Made by a program: the position numbers and the translations under genes. Positions 9,947 through 17,578 of a stretch of DNA of 64,000 bases are shown here, in pieces. Numbering within the stretch: position 1 is the first letter of the stretch; each line of letters begins with the position of its first letter. The stretch is from Parcubacteria group bacterium Gr01-1014_13. GTDB lineage: Bacteria; Patescibacteriota; Patescibacteriia; Magasanikbacterales; GWA2-37-8. The notes below the pieces were generated by a model. The model saw only the letters and a program-made list of their open reading frames with translations. It was not told where the DNA came from and searched no databases. Location: NCBI GenBank assembly GCA_007376295.1, contig VMGB01000001.1:349969-413968 (forward strand), in the 5' to 3' direction.

Positions 9947-12256
9947 ATGGAACCAGCTCTACATTTACATGAATTCTTTGTGGAAGGGAGCAATCCTGAG
10001 ATATCGCACGTGCTCCTAAATATTACTGAACCTTCTACCCCCACCGAAAGGGACAAGGGCTACTTTTTTGCTATCTGCGAAATAAACAATGCCACCACGA
10101 AATATATTGCCAAGATGCAGAACGTGATAGACGAAATAGAAAACAGCTACTACGAAATCCCTGATAAAATAGGACAAACAGCCATGGAGATTGTTCTAGA
10201 TAAAATTAACCAGGAAAGCCTGGCCATGGTGCAACCGGATATTTCCTTGCATTGTATTGTCGGGGCAATACGCCAAAATGATATAATTTTCAGTTTCTAC
10301 GGACAACCACAGATGGTGCTATTCTACAAAGCCAAAGATGACACCTATAAAAAATTAGATTTGGTTGAACAAAATAAATCAAATGAACAAGATGATGAAA
10401 TAGATGGCAAACAAGAAAAAAATCAGTTATTTTCACAGATCGTACAGGGAAAAATCGGACCTAATGATTTTTTCTTTGCGGGTACTGCTCATATTGTAAA
10501 ATATTTCAACCATGACCGATTGCAAAAAATTATCACTACCAGACCGCCCCGCCAAAGCGCAGAGCATCTACAGAGAGTTCTGTCAGAAATCAAAAACAAC
10601 TTATCATTCGGCGGTATAATTATAAATCTACAGCCTGGCCCAGCCGCTCCTGTTTTGATAAAATCATCCCCTGCCAGAAAAGGCGGAGCGGGCCGATCGC
10701 TAAAAAACCTGTTTAGCACCGAAAGAAATACAGCCCACATGCTCTCACCGTCTCTCTTATCCAGATTTGAAGAAGAGACTCCGTCAGCCAAAGAAGACAG
10801 CGCGTTTGCTGGCGGAATGCTTGCAAGCGAAGAAGGTTCGAGATCCAACACCGAGATTACTTCTTCCCATCTTCGCGCCAGAACTGGAAAAATCAAAAAA
10901 GCAGAAGACGATACAAAAGTACAAGATATATTAAAAAAGACAGGGGTAATTATTTGGAAAATGTTAAAATATGCAGCTCGTGGCTTAGTATTGCTACTAC
11001 TGTTTATTAGCACTATAATTTCTACCCTAGGAAGAAATTTCCTTTTGTTATTTTTTATTATTACCAACTACCAAAATAGACGTCATACTATTTTGGCTCA
11101 ATGGGCGAGATGGTGGAAAAATATAAAAGAAAATGCCAAACACCTTCCAGTGGTAACAAAGATATTGCTAGCATTATCTTTGGTTCTGCTCTTGACGTTT
11201 GGCGCTGGGATATTTTATATAGGCGCCAAACAAAAAAAGCAGGCGCGAGCGGCCGCGTACACTAAAGCTGTACAGGATATAAAAACAAAGGAAGACGCCG
11301 CGGAAAGTTCTCTTGTTTATAACGATACCGTAGCCGCACTGGCCAGCATTAAAGAAGCCGAGCAAGTTTTAAAACAATTATCCTGTGTAACAACTTTGGA
11401 AAAATCCACTTGTAAAAATTTACAAGACCGGCTTGATGATTTACAGATGAGAGCGCGCAAAGTTACTTTAGTTCGCCCCACATTACTAGCAAATTGGGAT
11501 AATTTGGGACAAAACATTCAAGTGAATAATGTATTTTTGTTAAGCAATAAAATTTATGGCTTTGGCCAAACTAGCGCTGACATAATAACATATGACCCCT
11601 TGGTAAAAGAATCAAAGGTGGTTTCACCAGGTATATTTGTAGCAAATTTCAATGCCGCTTCTGTACCGAAAGAAAACGATTACGCCGTCTTGTTATACGA
11701 AGGAAAAGATCTTGTCCAGTTTAATCCAAAGGATAATTCCTGGAAAAAAATAGATATTGATTATCCAAATGAAAATGTCAAAATTAGCAGTGTGTCTGTA
11801 TACAATCGTCGTCTATACACTATAGATATTGAAAACAATCAAATCTATAAACACGATGCTATAAAAACAGGTTTCTCTACCGGCAAAGAATGGACAAAGA
11901 ATAATACTAGCGATATAAAAACAGGCGTAGATTTAGCGGTTGATGGTGACGTTTTTGTCCTAGGAAACAACGGCTCTATTTACAAATTTTCCAATGGCAT
12001 AGTGCAGCCATTTGCTATTAGCGGTTTAGAACCGGAGCTTAAATCAGCAGATAAAATTTGGACTTATAATGATTTAAATTATATTTACATTCTAGATACT
12101 GCTGGCAAGAGAATAATTGTGCTGGATAAAACCGGACAACTAAAGAAACAAATTACAGCAACGGAATTCTCCAATCCTACCGGCATGATTATAGATGAAG
12201 AAAAAAGTACTGCCTATATACTCGACAGCAACAAACTATACCAGATTAGTTTATAA
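9947..12256 (+). CDS. large bitopic membrane protein: cytoplasmic N-domain, 2-3 TM helices, extracytoplasmic beta-propeller-like repeats
   Basis: 769 aa. Hydrophobic helices lie around residues 330-420. The C-terminal ~350 aa carry repeated YxxD/YILD-type blades (YTIDIENNQIYKHD, YILDTAGKRIIVLDKTG, YILDSNKLYQISL). The N-domain is unassigned. Confidence 0.45.
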   Translation: MEPALHLHEFFVEGSNPEISHVLLNITEPSTPTERDKGYFFAICEINNATTKYIAKMQNVIDEIENSYYEIPDKIGQTAMEIVLDKINQESLAMVQPDISLHCIVGAIRQNDIIFSFYGQPQMVLFYKAKDDTYKKLDLVEQNKSNEQDDEIDGKQEKNQLFSQIVQGKIGPNDFFFAGTAHIVKYFNHDRLQKIITTRPPRQSAEHLQRVLSEIKNNLSFGGIIINLQPGPAAPVLIKSSPARKGGAGRSLKNLFSTERNTAHMLSPSLLSRFEEETPSAKEDSAFAGGMLASEEGSRSNTEITSSHLRARTGKIKKAEDDTKVQDILKKTGVIIWKMLKYAARGLVLLLLFISTIISTLGRNFLLLFFIITNYQNRRHTILAQWARWWKNIKENAKHLPVVTKILLALSLVLLLTFGAGIFYIGAKQKKQARAAAYTKAVQDIKTKEDAAESSLVYNDTVAALASIKEAEQVLKQLSCVTTLEKSTCKNLQDRLDDLQMRARKVTLVRPTLLANWDNLGQNIQVNNVFLLSNKIYGFGQTSADIITYDPLVKESKVVSPGIFVANFNAASVPKENDYAVLLYEGKDLVQFNPKDNSWKKIDIDYPNENVKISSVSVYNRRLYTIDIENNQIYKHDAIKTGFSTGKEWTKNNTSDIKTGVDLAVDGDVFVLGNNGSIYKFSNGIVQPFAISGLEPELKSADKIWTYNDLNYIYILDTAGKRIIVLDKTGQLKKQITATEFSNPTGMIIDEEKSTAYILDSNKLYQISL

Positions 12257-12260
12257 CAAA

Positions 12261-12285
12261 AAGAGCCCTTCCGGGCTCTTTTTTA
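12261..12285. terminator. bidirectional rho-independent terminator (AGAGCCC-ttcc-GGGCTCT + T-run)
   Basis: Perfect 7-bp stem with U-tracts on both strands, between convergent genes 9947-12256 (+) and rplL (-). Confidence 0.7.
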
Positions 12286-12299
12286 TTTCTAAAAAGTAA

Positions 12300-12704
12300 T
12301 TATTTTAGAGTTACTTTGCCGCCAGCTTCTTCAATCTTCTTTTTCATAGCTTCAGCATCTTCTTTCTTTACGCCTTCTTTAACCATCTTAGGAGCGCCAT
12401 CTACTAAAGCTTTAGCATCTGCCAAACCTAAACCGGTTACTTCTTTTACAGCTTTGATCACATTGATCTTGCTAGCACCGGCATCGGTAAGCTCAACATT
12501 GAACTCAGTTTTTTCCTCAGCGGCAGCAGCTGCGCCTCCGGCAGCTGGAGCAGCCATCATCATGGCTGGAGCAGCGGCAGAAACGCCGAATTTTTCTTCC
12601 AAAACCTTTACCAATTCGGAAAGGTCTAGAACAGACATTTTTTCAACTTCTTCTACAAGGCTTTTAAACTTTGCAGGGACTTCTACTTTATTTTCTTCGG
12701 TCAT
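12300..12704 (-). CDS. rplL: 50S ribosomal protein L7/L12
   Basis: Canonical L12: N-terminal dimerisation region, Ala-rich hinge, C-terminal domain ([24 protein letters not shown]...GGKVTLK). Start taken at the internal ATG (MTEENK), not the longer track ORF. Confidence 0.9.
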   Translation of the reverse strand: MTEENKVEVPAKFKSLVEEVEKMSVLDLSELVKVLEEKFGVSAAAPAMMMAAPAAGGAAAAAEEKTEFNVELTDAGASKINVIKAVKEVTGLGLADAKALVDGAPKMVKEGVKKEDAEAMKKKIEEAGGKVTLK

Positions 12705-12714
12705 ATATTTATTA

Positions 12715-13239
12715 TTAAGCTTTTGATTTAGCAATATTATTAAGTACACCTACTAAACCGCGCAAATTTCCAGCCAGTACATTTACGAAACCAGAAACAG
12801 GGCTGTTGAGAGAGCCAACTAATCTGCCTAGCAATTCTTGTTTGCTTGGCAAACTGGCCAAACTCTTTACTGCGGAAACGTCTACGAATTTACCTTCCAA
12901 TACACCACCGAATATTTTTAATATTTCGTGAGTTTTGGCAAAAGTGTTTACTACTCTGGCAGCCGATACTTCGTCTCCCAAAGCCATAAAGGTAGCCACA
13001 CCACCGGCGAAAACCTTTGGATCAATATCTTTTAATCCCACGTCTTCACAAGCGCGCTTTACCAAAGTCTTTTTGGCAGCTACTACTTTAATATCATTTT
13101 TGCGGCATTCGCGTCGCAGTTCTTCTGCTTCAGAAACTTTTAAACCTTGAAAATTGGCAAAAACTACGGCTTTAGCGGCTCGCAGTCCGTCTTCCAAAGA
13201 TTTAATCGTTTCTTGTTTTTGTTGTTTTGATTTAGGCAT
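12715..13239 (-). CDS. rplJ: 50S ribosomal protein L10
   Basis: L10 family ([43 protein letters not shown]...). Start at the ATG at 13237-13239 preferred over the upstream GTG. 10-nt spacer to rplL. Confidence 0.85.
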   Translation of the reverse strand: MPKSKQQKQETIKSLEDGLRAAKAVVFANFQGLKVSEAEELRRECRKNDIKVVAAKKTLVKRACEDVGLKDIDPKVFAGGVATFMALGDEVSAARVVNTFAKTHEILKIFGGVLEGKFVDVSAVKSLASLPSKQELLGRLVGSLNSPVSGFVNVLAGNLRGLVGVLNNIAKSKA

Positions 13240-13449
13240 ATAAAATAAAAAATCTGTGTGTTCCACAGAATTCTAGTACAAATCGACCTAACAGGCTAAA
13301 ATTGCCCTTTATTTGCACCTCGGCAGGAAATTAAGTCTTGCGACACCTGCTGTCTATGGTTGAATAGATAATATAATATCTGTGGATAAATGTCAAGGGG
13401 TTGATTTATAATAAAAGGCCGGTAAACATTTATATTTTATCGACCTTAC

Positions 13450-13740
13450 CTAACCCCGAAATTTATAAAATAGCTTCTTTAATTCTATCATCTCATTATG
13501 AAGATCATCACACTCTTCATCGGTAAGTACCGCTACAGCGTCTATATCAGGTACACTCCCTAGAGGAATTGAATCTGTCTTATGCGAACCCAAACGATGG
13601 AGTTTCTTCCAAAATTCGTCTAGTTTTTCCCAAACTAAGAATACTTCCTCATCGCTAATATCCATTTTACATCCCCAAAAACCAGGAAAAATGATCAAAA
13701 ATTCTTCTCTAATCTCTTTAACCGTAGTAGGCATGTTCAC
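13450..13740 (-). CDS. hypothetical small protein
   Basis: 96 aa, host-like composition, no recognisable domain. Confidence 0.35.
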   Translation of the reverse strand: MNMPTTVKEIREEFLIIFPGFWGCKMDISDEEVFLVWEKLDEFWKKLHRLGSHKTDSIPLGSVPDIDAVAVLTDEECDDLHNEMIELKKLFYKFRG

Positions 13741-13819
13741 CTCCTTTGGTTACCAACCCGTAATTGGGTTAACAGACTATACCAGTATAGAACCTCTCTT
13801 GTCAACTGGTACAGAGGGG

Positions 13820-13848
13820 TTGACAAAGACTAGTTTTTATGCTATGAT
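13820..13848 (+). promoter_or_regulatory. sigma70-type promoter (TTGACA-17-TATGAT) for the foreign-GC ORF
   Basis: ggTTGACAaagactagtttttatgcTATGAT; the -35 hexamer is consensus. A strong SD (AAGGGA) lies 6 nt before the ATG at 13900. Confidence 0.55.
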
Positions 13849-13899
13849 GTGACCTACATTTGGTATACCGACCAAAAAACACCAACAGAAAGGGATAAA

Positions 13900-14454
13900 A
13901 TGTCGATGTCGCTTTTGGTCCAGTATGAAGAGGACCTAGAGTCCAAACGGGAAGAAGTCTACTGCCAGCTCAAAAAGCTGGTGAAGAATCTGCCCATGTA
14001 CTTGAGCGCAACCACCAAGAGAGCGCTTCGGATTCACTTCGACAACTTCGACTTCGGGTATCAGTGGACCGAAGACGGCGAAGAGCTGATCCAGAAAGCT
14101 CGCATGGAACAGATGGCGACGGCAGAACGCTGGAAACGCTACGAAGAATTCGAACTGTTTGAAGACGAGCCCTGGATCGATGACCAGACGAAGAAGCTCT
14201 GGGGTTTCGCCGAGTACTGGGAGAACAAATTCGATCAGGAGACCATCAACGCCTGCAGGTTGAAGAAGGATCTCGCCTTTGAGTACGGAAGCATCCTCGT
14301 TCTGGAGAAGGCTTCTGGCAAAACCTACCATCGTAACGGTATCAAGCGCGATAAGACCGAGTTCTGGAACCGTCCCCAGCCGACTAGACGGCGACAGATC
14401 AAACTGCACAAAAAGATGCAGCGACGCCAGAACGACAATCAGCCTCAGGAGTAA
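13900..14454 (+). CDS. hypothetical protein of foreign base composition (acidic N-terminal half, basic C-terminal tail)
   Basis: 184 aa. By eye the coding region is ~50% GC, with CTG/GAG/AAG/CGC-rich codon use, against ~37% GC in its neighbours. Start assigned to the SD-preceded ATG at 13900 (the track ORF starts at 13849). No recognisable family. Confidence 0.55.
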   Translation: MSMSLLVQYEEDLESKREEVYCQLKKLVKNLPMYLSATTKRALRIHFDNFDFGYQWTEDGEELIQKARMEQMATAERWKRYEEFELFEDEPWIDDQTKKLWGFAEYWENKFDQETINACRLKKDLAFEYGSILVLEKASGKTYHRNGIKRDKTEFWNRPQPTRRRQIKLHKKMQRRQNDNQPQE

Positions 14455-14475
14455 CCACAACGGATGCTCCACTCA

Positions 14476-14510
14476 CCCGCCAAGACCACCTAGGTCGAAG
14501 CGGGTTTTTT
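14476..14510 (+). terminator. rho-independent terminator (CCCGC...GCGGG + T6)
   Basis: cCCCGCcaagaccacctaggtcgaaGCGGGtttttt, directly after the stop of the 13900 ORF. Confidence 0.5.
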
Positions 14511-14523
14511 AATTATACCAAGG

Positions 14524-14552
14524 TTGACAAATAGCTCGTTTTATACTATCTT
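14524..14552 (+). promoter_or_regulatory. sigma70-type promoter (TTGACA-17-TATCTT), paralogous to the 13820 promoter
   Basis: ggTTGACAAAtagctcgttttatacTATCTT; the GGTTGACAAA and GTTTTAT.CTAT blocks are shared with the promoter at 13818-13848. SD AAGGAG lies 8 nt before the ATG. Confidence 0.5.
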
Positions 14553-14572
14553 GCCTCACAAGGAGTAACCCA

Positions 14573-14866
14573 ATGGAAAAGACGCCCTATAACCCGGATG
14601 AAGACGAAAATCTCTTTGACAACTCAATGAATGCATTTTGTTTGATCTTGAGACAACTTGTTTCTCGCAACAAAAACCTCCGTAGCCAACTCTCTGATCT
14701 ATCCAGGAAACAAAAAAATGGCATATCTGCTTCCACAAAAAAAGAAATCTATAACCACCTCCTTGAAGATGATATCTGCAATGACGAGTGGTTCCAAGAT
14801 GGCAAGTGCCTACTACTAAAAGCCAAAAAAGAGGCCAAATCAAAAACCAAAAAGAGACGAAAATAA
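14573..14866 (+). CDS. hypothetical small protein with Lys-rich C-terminus
   Basis: 97 aa, host-like GC, perfect SD (AAGGAGT). C-terminal tail KAKKEAKSKTKKRRK. Confidence 0.45.
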   Translation: MEKTPYNPDEDENLFDNSMNAFCLILRQLVSRNKNLRSQLSDLSRKQKNGISASTKKEIYNHLLEDDICNDEWFQDGKCLLLKAKKEAKSKTKKRRK

Positions 14867-14875
14867 TGGCACGCG

Positions 14876-14906
14876 CCCGCCAACTGCAAAGTTTAGCGGG
14901 TTTTTT
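14876..14906 (+). terminator. rho-independent terminator (CCCGC...GCGGG + T6), paralogous to the 14476 terminator
   Basis: gCCCGCcaactgcaaagtttaGCGGGtttttt shares CCCGCCAA and AGCGGGTTTTTTA with the terminator at 14476-14510. Confidence 0.45.
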
Positions 14907-15447
14907 ATTTTCTACCAAGAAGTCTTGCCAAAAAACCTGGTTTTTTAAATTCTAAAGGTTTAACTATCATTGTTTTGTTTGCGTCTCCTGATTGGCTGTG
15001 TTTAAGATTTTCAAGCTTCTCCTCAAGATCTCTTAATCTTTCAACCGCATCTGTATCGCCATAATTTTGCTCAACATCAAAGCGAGCGCCATCTATTTGT
15101 TTTTCCAATTCGTCATAAGCAGAGATATTCTCTCTGACCAAACGAGCTTCTTCACCCATTAAATTCATTACCGGATTGGTTGATCTTGCTTTCGCTTGAT
15201 CAAACTCTACATCTGTAATTTGCTGACGCAAAATTGCCAATTCATCTTTGTCATCTTGGGTTAACTGCTCCCCTTTTCTCAATACTGGCTTTGACTCTTC
15301 TGCCTTTCTCTTAAACTCCTCAGCTTTTCTTTGTATCTCCGCAGTTTCCTCCGGAGAAAAAATTACAGCGTTGAATCGTTCTCGTTTTTTTGCTCCAAAC
15401 CCATAATTTGTTTCTGCCGGAATAAATTTTGGTTGTTTGTCGGCCAT
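14905..15447 (-). CDS. hypothetical coiled-coil protein
   Basis: 180 aa, highly charged with heptad-like pattern (EEFKRKAEESK, LRDLEEKLENLKH). No domain assignment. Confidence 0.4.
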   Translation of the reverse strand: MADKQPKFIPAETNYGFGAKKRERFNAVIFSPEETAEIQRKAEEFKRKAEESKPVLRKGEQLTQDDKDELAILRQQITDVEFDQAKARSTNPVMNLMGEEARLVRENISAYDELEKQIDGARFDVEQNYGDTDAVERLRDLEEKLENLKHSQSGDANKTMIVKPLEFKKPGFLARLLGRK

Positions 15448-15454
15448 ATAATAT

Positions 15455-16144
15455 TTATTTAATTAAACTGCCTTGGTATGTCTTACCATCTAAGACGTCT
15501 TTCAGTCCGGACAGGTCTGTACCTTTAGCAAACTTTACCGTTAAACCCAATTTTTGCGCTGTTTTGGCTGCTACCGGATCAAAAGGAAGGTTCGCCCCTG
15601 GAATCCATTTGTCCCCTACAATTTTTCGCAGTTCGTCCCAAGTTAAATTTTCCATTTTCTTTGCTTGGGAATTTTCGCGCGGATCAGCATCATAGATATA
15701 ATCTATATTGGAAAGATTAATTACTTCTTGGGCGCCATAAGTTTTGGCCAATAAAACGGCATCGTAGTCAGTGGAACAGCCGGGCTTCCAACCACCAGCT
15801 ACCAGGATAGATTTTCTTGATCTTACTTTTTTAGTCGGATTAACAATTAACTCCGGATCCGCCCTACCATTAAATAACAAACCAACAAATCTGGCATTAA
15901 AATGCGTAGCGTAAATTCCCAACCAATCCAGATCAATATCAGTAACATTGGCTGATTCTTTGGCTGCTTTCTGGTATTTGCGGCAAGTAGACCCACCGCC
16001 AATTACCAAAATAAATTTTTCCCCCACTTCAACTCTCTTTAAAATTAATTCTCTAAACTTTTTTAAAAATTCAATGTTAAATCCTTCCGGTGGAATTACG
16101 ATAGACCCTCCCAACGATATAATCCGGTATTGATTTTTCGGCAT
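15455..16144 (-). CDS. pyrH: UMP kinase homologue (amino-acid-kinase fold, archaeal-type)
   Basis: 229 aa. The RIISLGGSIV...VIGGGSTCRKY and VAGGWKPGCSTD motifs resemble the short archaeal-type PyrH rather than the bacterial long form. Confidence 0.65.
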   Translation of the reverse strand: MPKNQYRIISLGGSIVIPPEGFNIEFLKKFRELILKRVEVGEKFILVIGGGSTCRKYQKAAKESANVTDIDLDWLGIYATHFNARFVGLLFNGRADPELIVNPTKKVRSRKSILVAGGWKPGCSTDYDAVLLAKTYGAQEVINLSNIDYIYDADPRENSQAKKMENLTWDELRKIVGDKWIPGANLPFDPVAAKTAQKLGLTVKFAKGTDLSGLKDVLDGKTYQGSLIK

Positions 16145-16150
16145 AACTTA

Positions 16151-16315
16151 TTAAAATTGATTTGCTTTAAAATTATGGGTCTGTGATTTATGATTCTTCC
16201 CCATAGCTCCTTTTAACTTATTAGGCGAATACATGGATTTGTTTGCCTTAAAAGTACTTGGCGTTCTATATCCTGTCTTGCCCTTTTGAGCTCTGTTGGA
16301 AGAATAATTTTTCAT
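16151..16315 (-). CDS. possible small basic protein (54 aa), missing from the ORF track
   Basis: MKNYSSNRAQKGKTGYRTPSTFKANKSMYSPNKLKGAMGKNHKSQTHNFKANQF. Starts 4 nt after the stop of the upstream membrane-protein gene and fills an otherwise empty 170-nt gap. No SD. Confidence 0.25.
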   Translation of the reverse strand: MKNYSSNRAQKGKTGYRTPSTFKANKSMYSPNKLKGAMGKNHKSQTHNFKANQF

Positions 16316-16318
16316 AAT

Positions 16319-16657
16319 TTATTCTTTTGATAAAGAATTAACTGCCCAACTGATAAGCCACATAGCCAACGCCCCCCAAAAAGCTGGCCAAAATCCAGCT
16401 ACAAAAAATCCTTTAACTACAGAAGCTGCGAGCCAGAACATCAGAGCGTTTATTACTAAAGTAAAAAGACCTAGGGTGAATATGTTTATAGGCAAAGTTA
16501 AAACAAGAAGAATCGGACGAATAAGAGCATTTATAAGCCCCAGTATTAAAGCGGCCACAAGCGCGGAATAAAAACTTACTACCGTTATGCCAGGAATATA
16601 ATATGCAATCAGAATCAAGGCTAAAGCGCTAAGCAACCAACGAACTAATAACTTCAT
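16319..16657 (-). CDS. small 4-TM membrane protein (phage-holin-4 / YvlD-like)
   Basis: 112 aa, four hydrophobic helices. Overall resemblance to the holin superfamily IV / DUF360 membrane proteins. Confidence 0.45.
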   Translation of the reverse strand: MKLLVRWLLSALALILIAYYIPGITVVSFYSALVAALILGLINALIRPILLVLTLPINIFTLGLFTLVINALMFWLAASVVKGFFVAGFWPAFWGALAMWLISWAVNSLSKE

Positions 16658-16689
16658 ACGATTATATTAAGTTAATTAAACTGGTTAAT

Positions 16690-17286
16690 TTATGCACCGA
16701 CTAGTAAAGTAAATAATCCTTCGATCAAAGGTGAAATAAGTTCAAACAAGAAGAAAATGAAGAAAAGTAGAAGTACAAATCCGTATTTGTCCAAAAAATT
16801 TCTAACTCCTACCGCCGAATCTGGCAAAATAGCATATAAAACTTTGGAACCATCGAGTGGTGGGATAGGCACCAAGTTAAATATCATTAACATAACATTG
16901 GCGTATACTATAATAGACAGTATAGAAGTAAAATTGGATGCAGGTAAAAAACGTATCAAAACAGCAAAAGCAATGGCCAGTAAAAGGTTGGTAGCTGGTC
17001 CGGCTATGGCCACCACGGCTGGTCCCCATTTTTGATTTCTTAAGTTATATGGGTTATAAGGTACGGGCTTGGCATACGCAAAAAGAAACTTACCACCGGT
17101 AAGCACAGACAGAGTAATAGGCATTAAAATAGTCCCCCATAAATCTATATGAGGTATCGGATTTATGGTTAATCTGCCAGCCAACCTGGCTGTTGGGTCG
17201 CCAAGCATGTCTGCAGCCAAACCATGGGCATATTCGTGGATAATAGCCGAAGGGACGATGACTAAAAAGTAAAAAATGAAGTCCAT
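16690..17286 (-). CDS. site-2 protease family (M50) zinc metalloprotease
   Basis: HExxH (HEYAHG) in the first TM helix, a downstream LDG motif (PPLDGSKV), and multiple TM helices. Confidence 0.7.
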   Translation of the reverse strand: MDFIFYFLVIVPSAIIHEYAHGLAADMLGDPTARLAGRLTINPIPHIDLWGTILMPITLSVLTGGKFLFAYAKPVPYNPYNLRNQKWGPAVVAIAGPATNLLLAIAFAVLIRFLPASNFTSILSIIVYANVMLMIFNLVPIPPLDGSKVLYAILPDSAVGVRNFLDKYGFVLLLFFIFFLFELISPLIEGLFTLLVGA

Positions 17287-17289
17287 ATA

Positions 17290-17318
17290 TTGACAAAACT
17301 TAGGGATTAAAGTATAAT
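17290..17318 (+). promoter_or_regulatory. sigma70-type promoter for rpmB (TTGACA-17-TATAAT)
   Basis: aTTGACAaaacttagggattaaagTATAATtat. Confidence 0.55.
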
Positions 17319-17363
17319 TATCGCATTAGTATTATATCTCAAAAACGTTAACTTTTCAAATAT

Positions 17364-17540
17364 ATGTCCAGAATTTGCTTTATCTGCGATAAATCTGCTG
17401 CTCGTGCCAACCACGTCAGCCACTCCAATCGCAAGGTGCCACGAAGACAAAATCCTAATCTTCAATTAATCAAAGTAGCAGGCGAAAGCGTCAGAGCTTG
17501 CTCCAGCTGCCGCCGAACAATGGTTAAAAAAATGGCTTAA
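17364..17540 (+). CDS. rpmB: 50S ribosomal protein L28 (not in the ORF track, <60 aa)
   Basis: 58 aa, MSRICFICDKSAARANHVSHSNRKVPRRQNPNLQLIKV...; the L28 signature NxVSHSNxKTxRR.PNLQ is present. Confidence 0.85.
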   Translation: MSRICFICDKSAARANHVSHSNRKVPRRQNPNLQLIKVAGESVRACSSCRRTMVKKMA

Positions 17541-17572
17541 AAAAATCCCCCTCTCGGGGGATTTTTTGTTTA
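17541..17572. terminator. bidirectional rho-independent terminator (TCCCCC-tctc-GGGGGA + T-run)
   Basis: aaaaaaTCCCCCtctcGGGGGAttttttg, between convergent rpmB (+) and the cupredoxin gene (-). Confidence 0.7.
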
Positions 17573-17578
17573 TTGATT

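Noticed and set aside
10489-11067. 192-aa minus-strand ORF inside the 769-aa gene, and other 60-110 aa overlapping ORFs throughout the track
   Set aside because: Entirely nested antisense or out-of-frame ORFs in AT-rich DNA with no independent support. The containing genes have clear homology or topology.
12316-12726. 136-aa plus-strand ORF overlapping rplL
   Set aside because: Ala/Ser-rich shadow of the L12 hinge region on the opposite strand; rplL is unambiguous.
12705-12749. Longer rplL start ([21 protein letters not shown])
   Set aside because: The extension would overlap the rplJ stop. Conserved L12 N-termini begin near the internal Met, so the internal ATG at 12702-12704 was chosen.
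13936-14472. 178-aa antisense ORF inside the foreign-GC gene
   Set aside because: Long antisense ORFs are expected by chance in GC-rich coding DNA. It lacks a start context and promoter, whereas the sense ORF has a promoter, SD and terminator.
14876-14906. Terminator hairpins at 14476 and 14876 as strong intrinsic terminators
   Set aside because: Kept only as low-confidence features. Their stems are only 5 bp with 16-19 nt loops. They are notable mainly because the two are homologous to each other, not for predicted strength.
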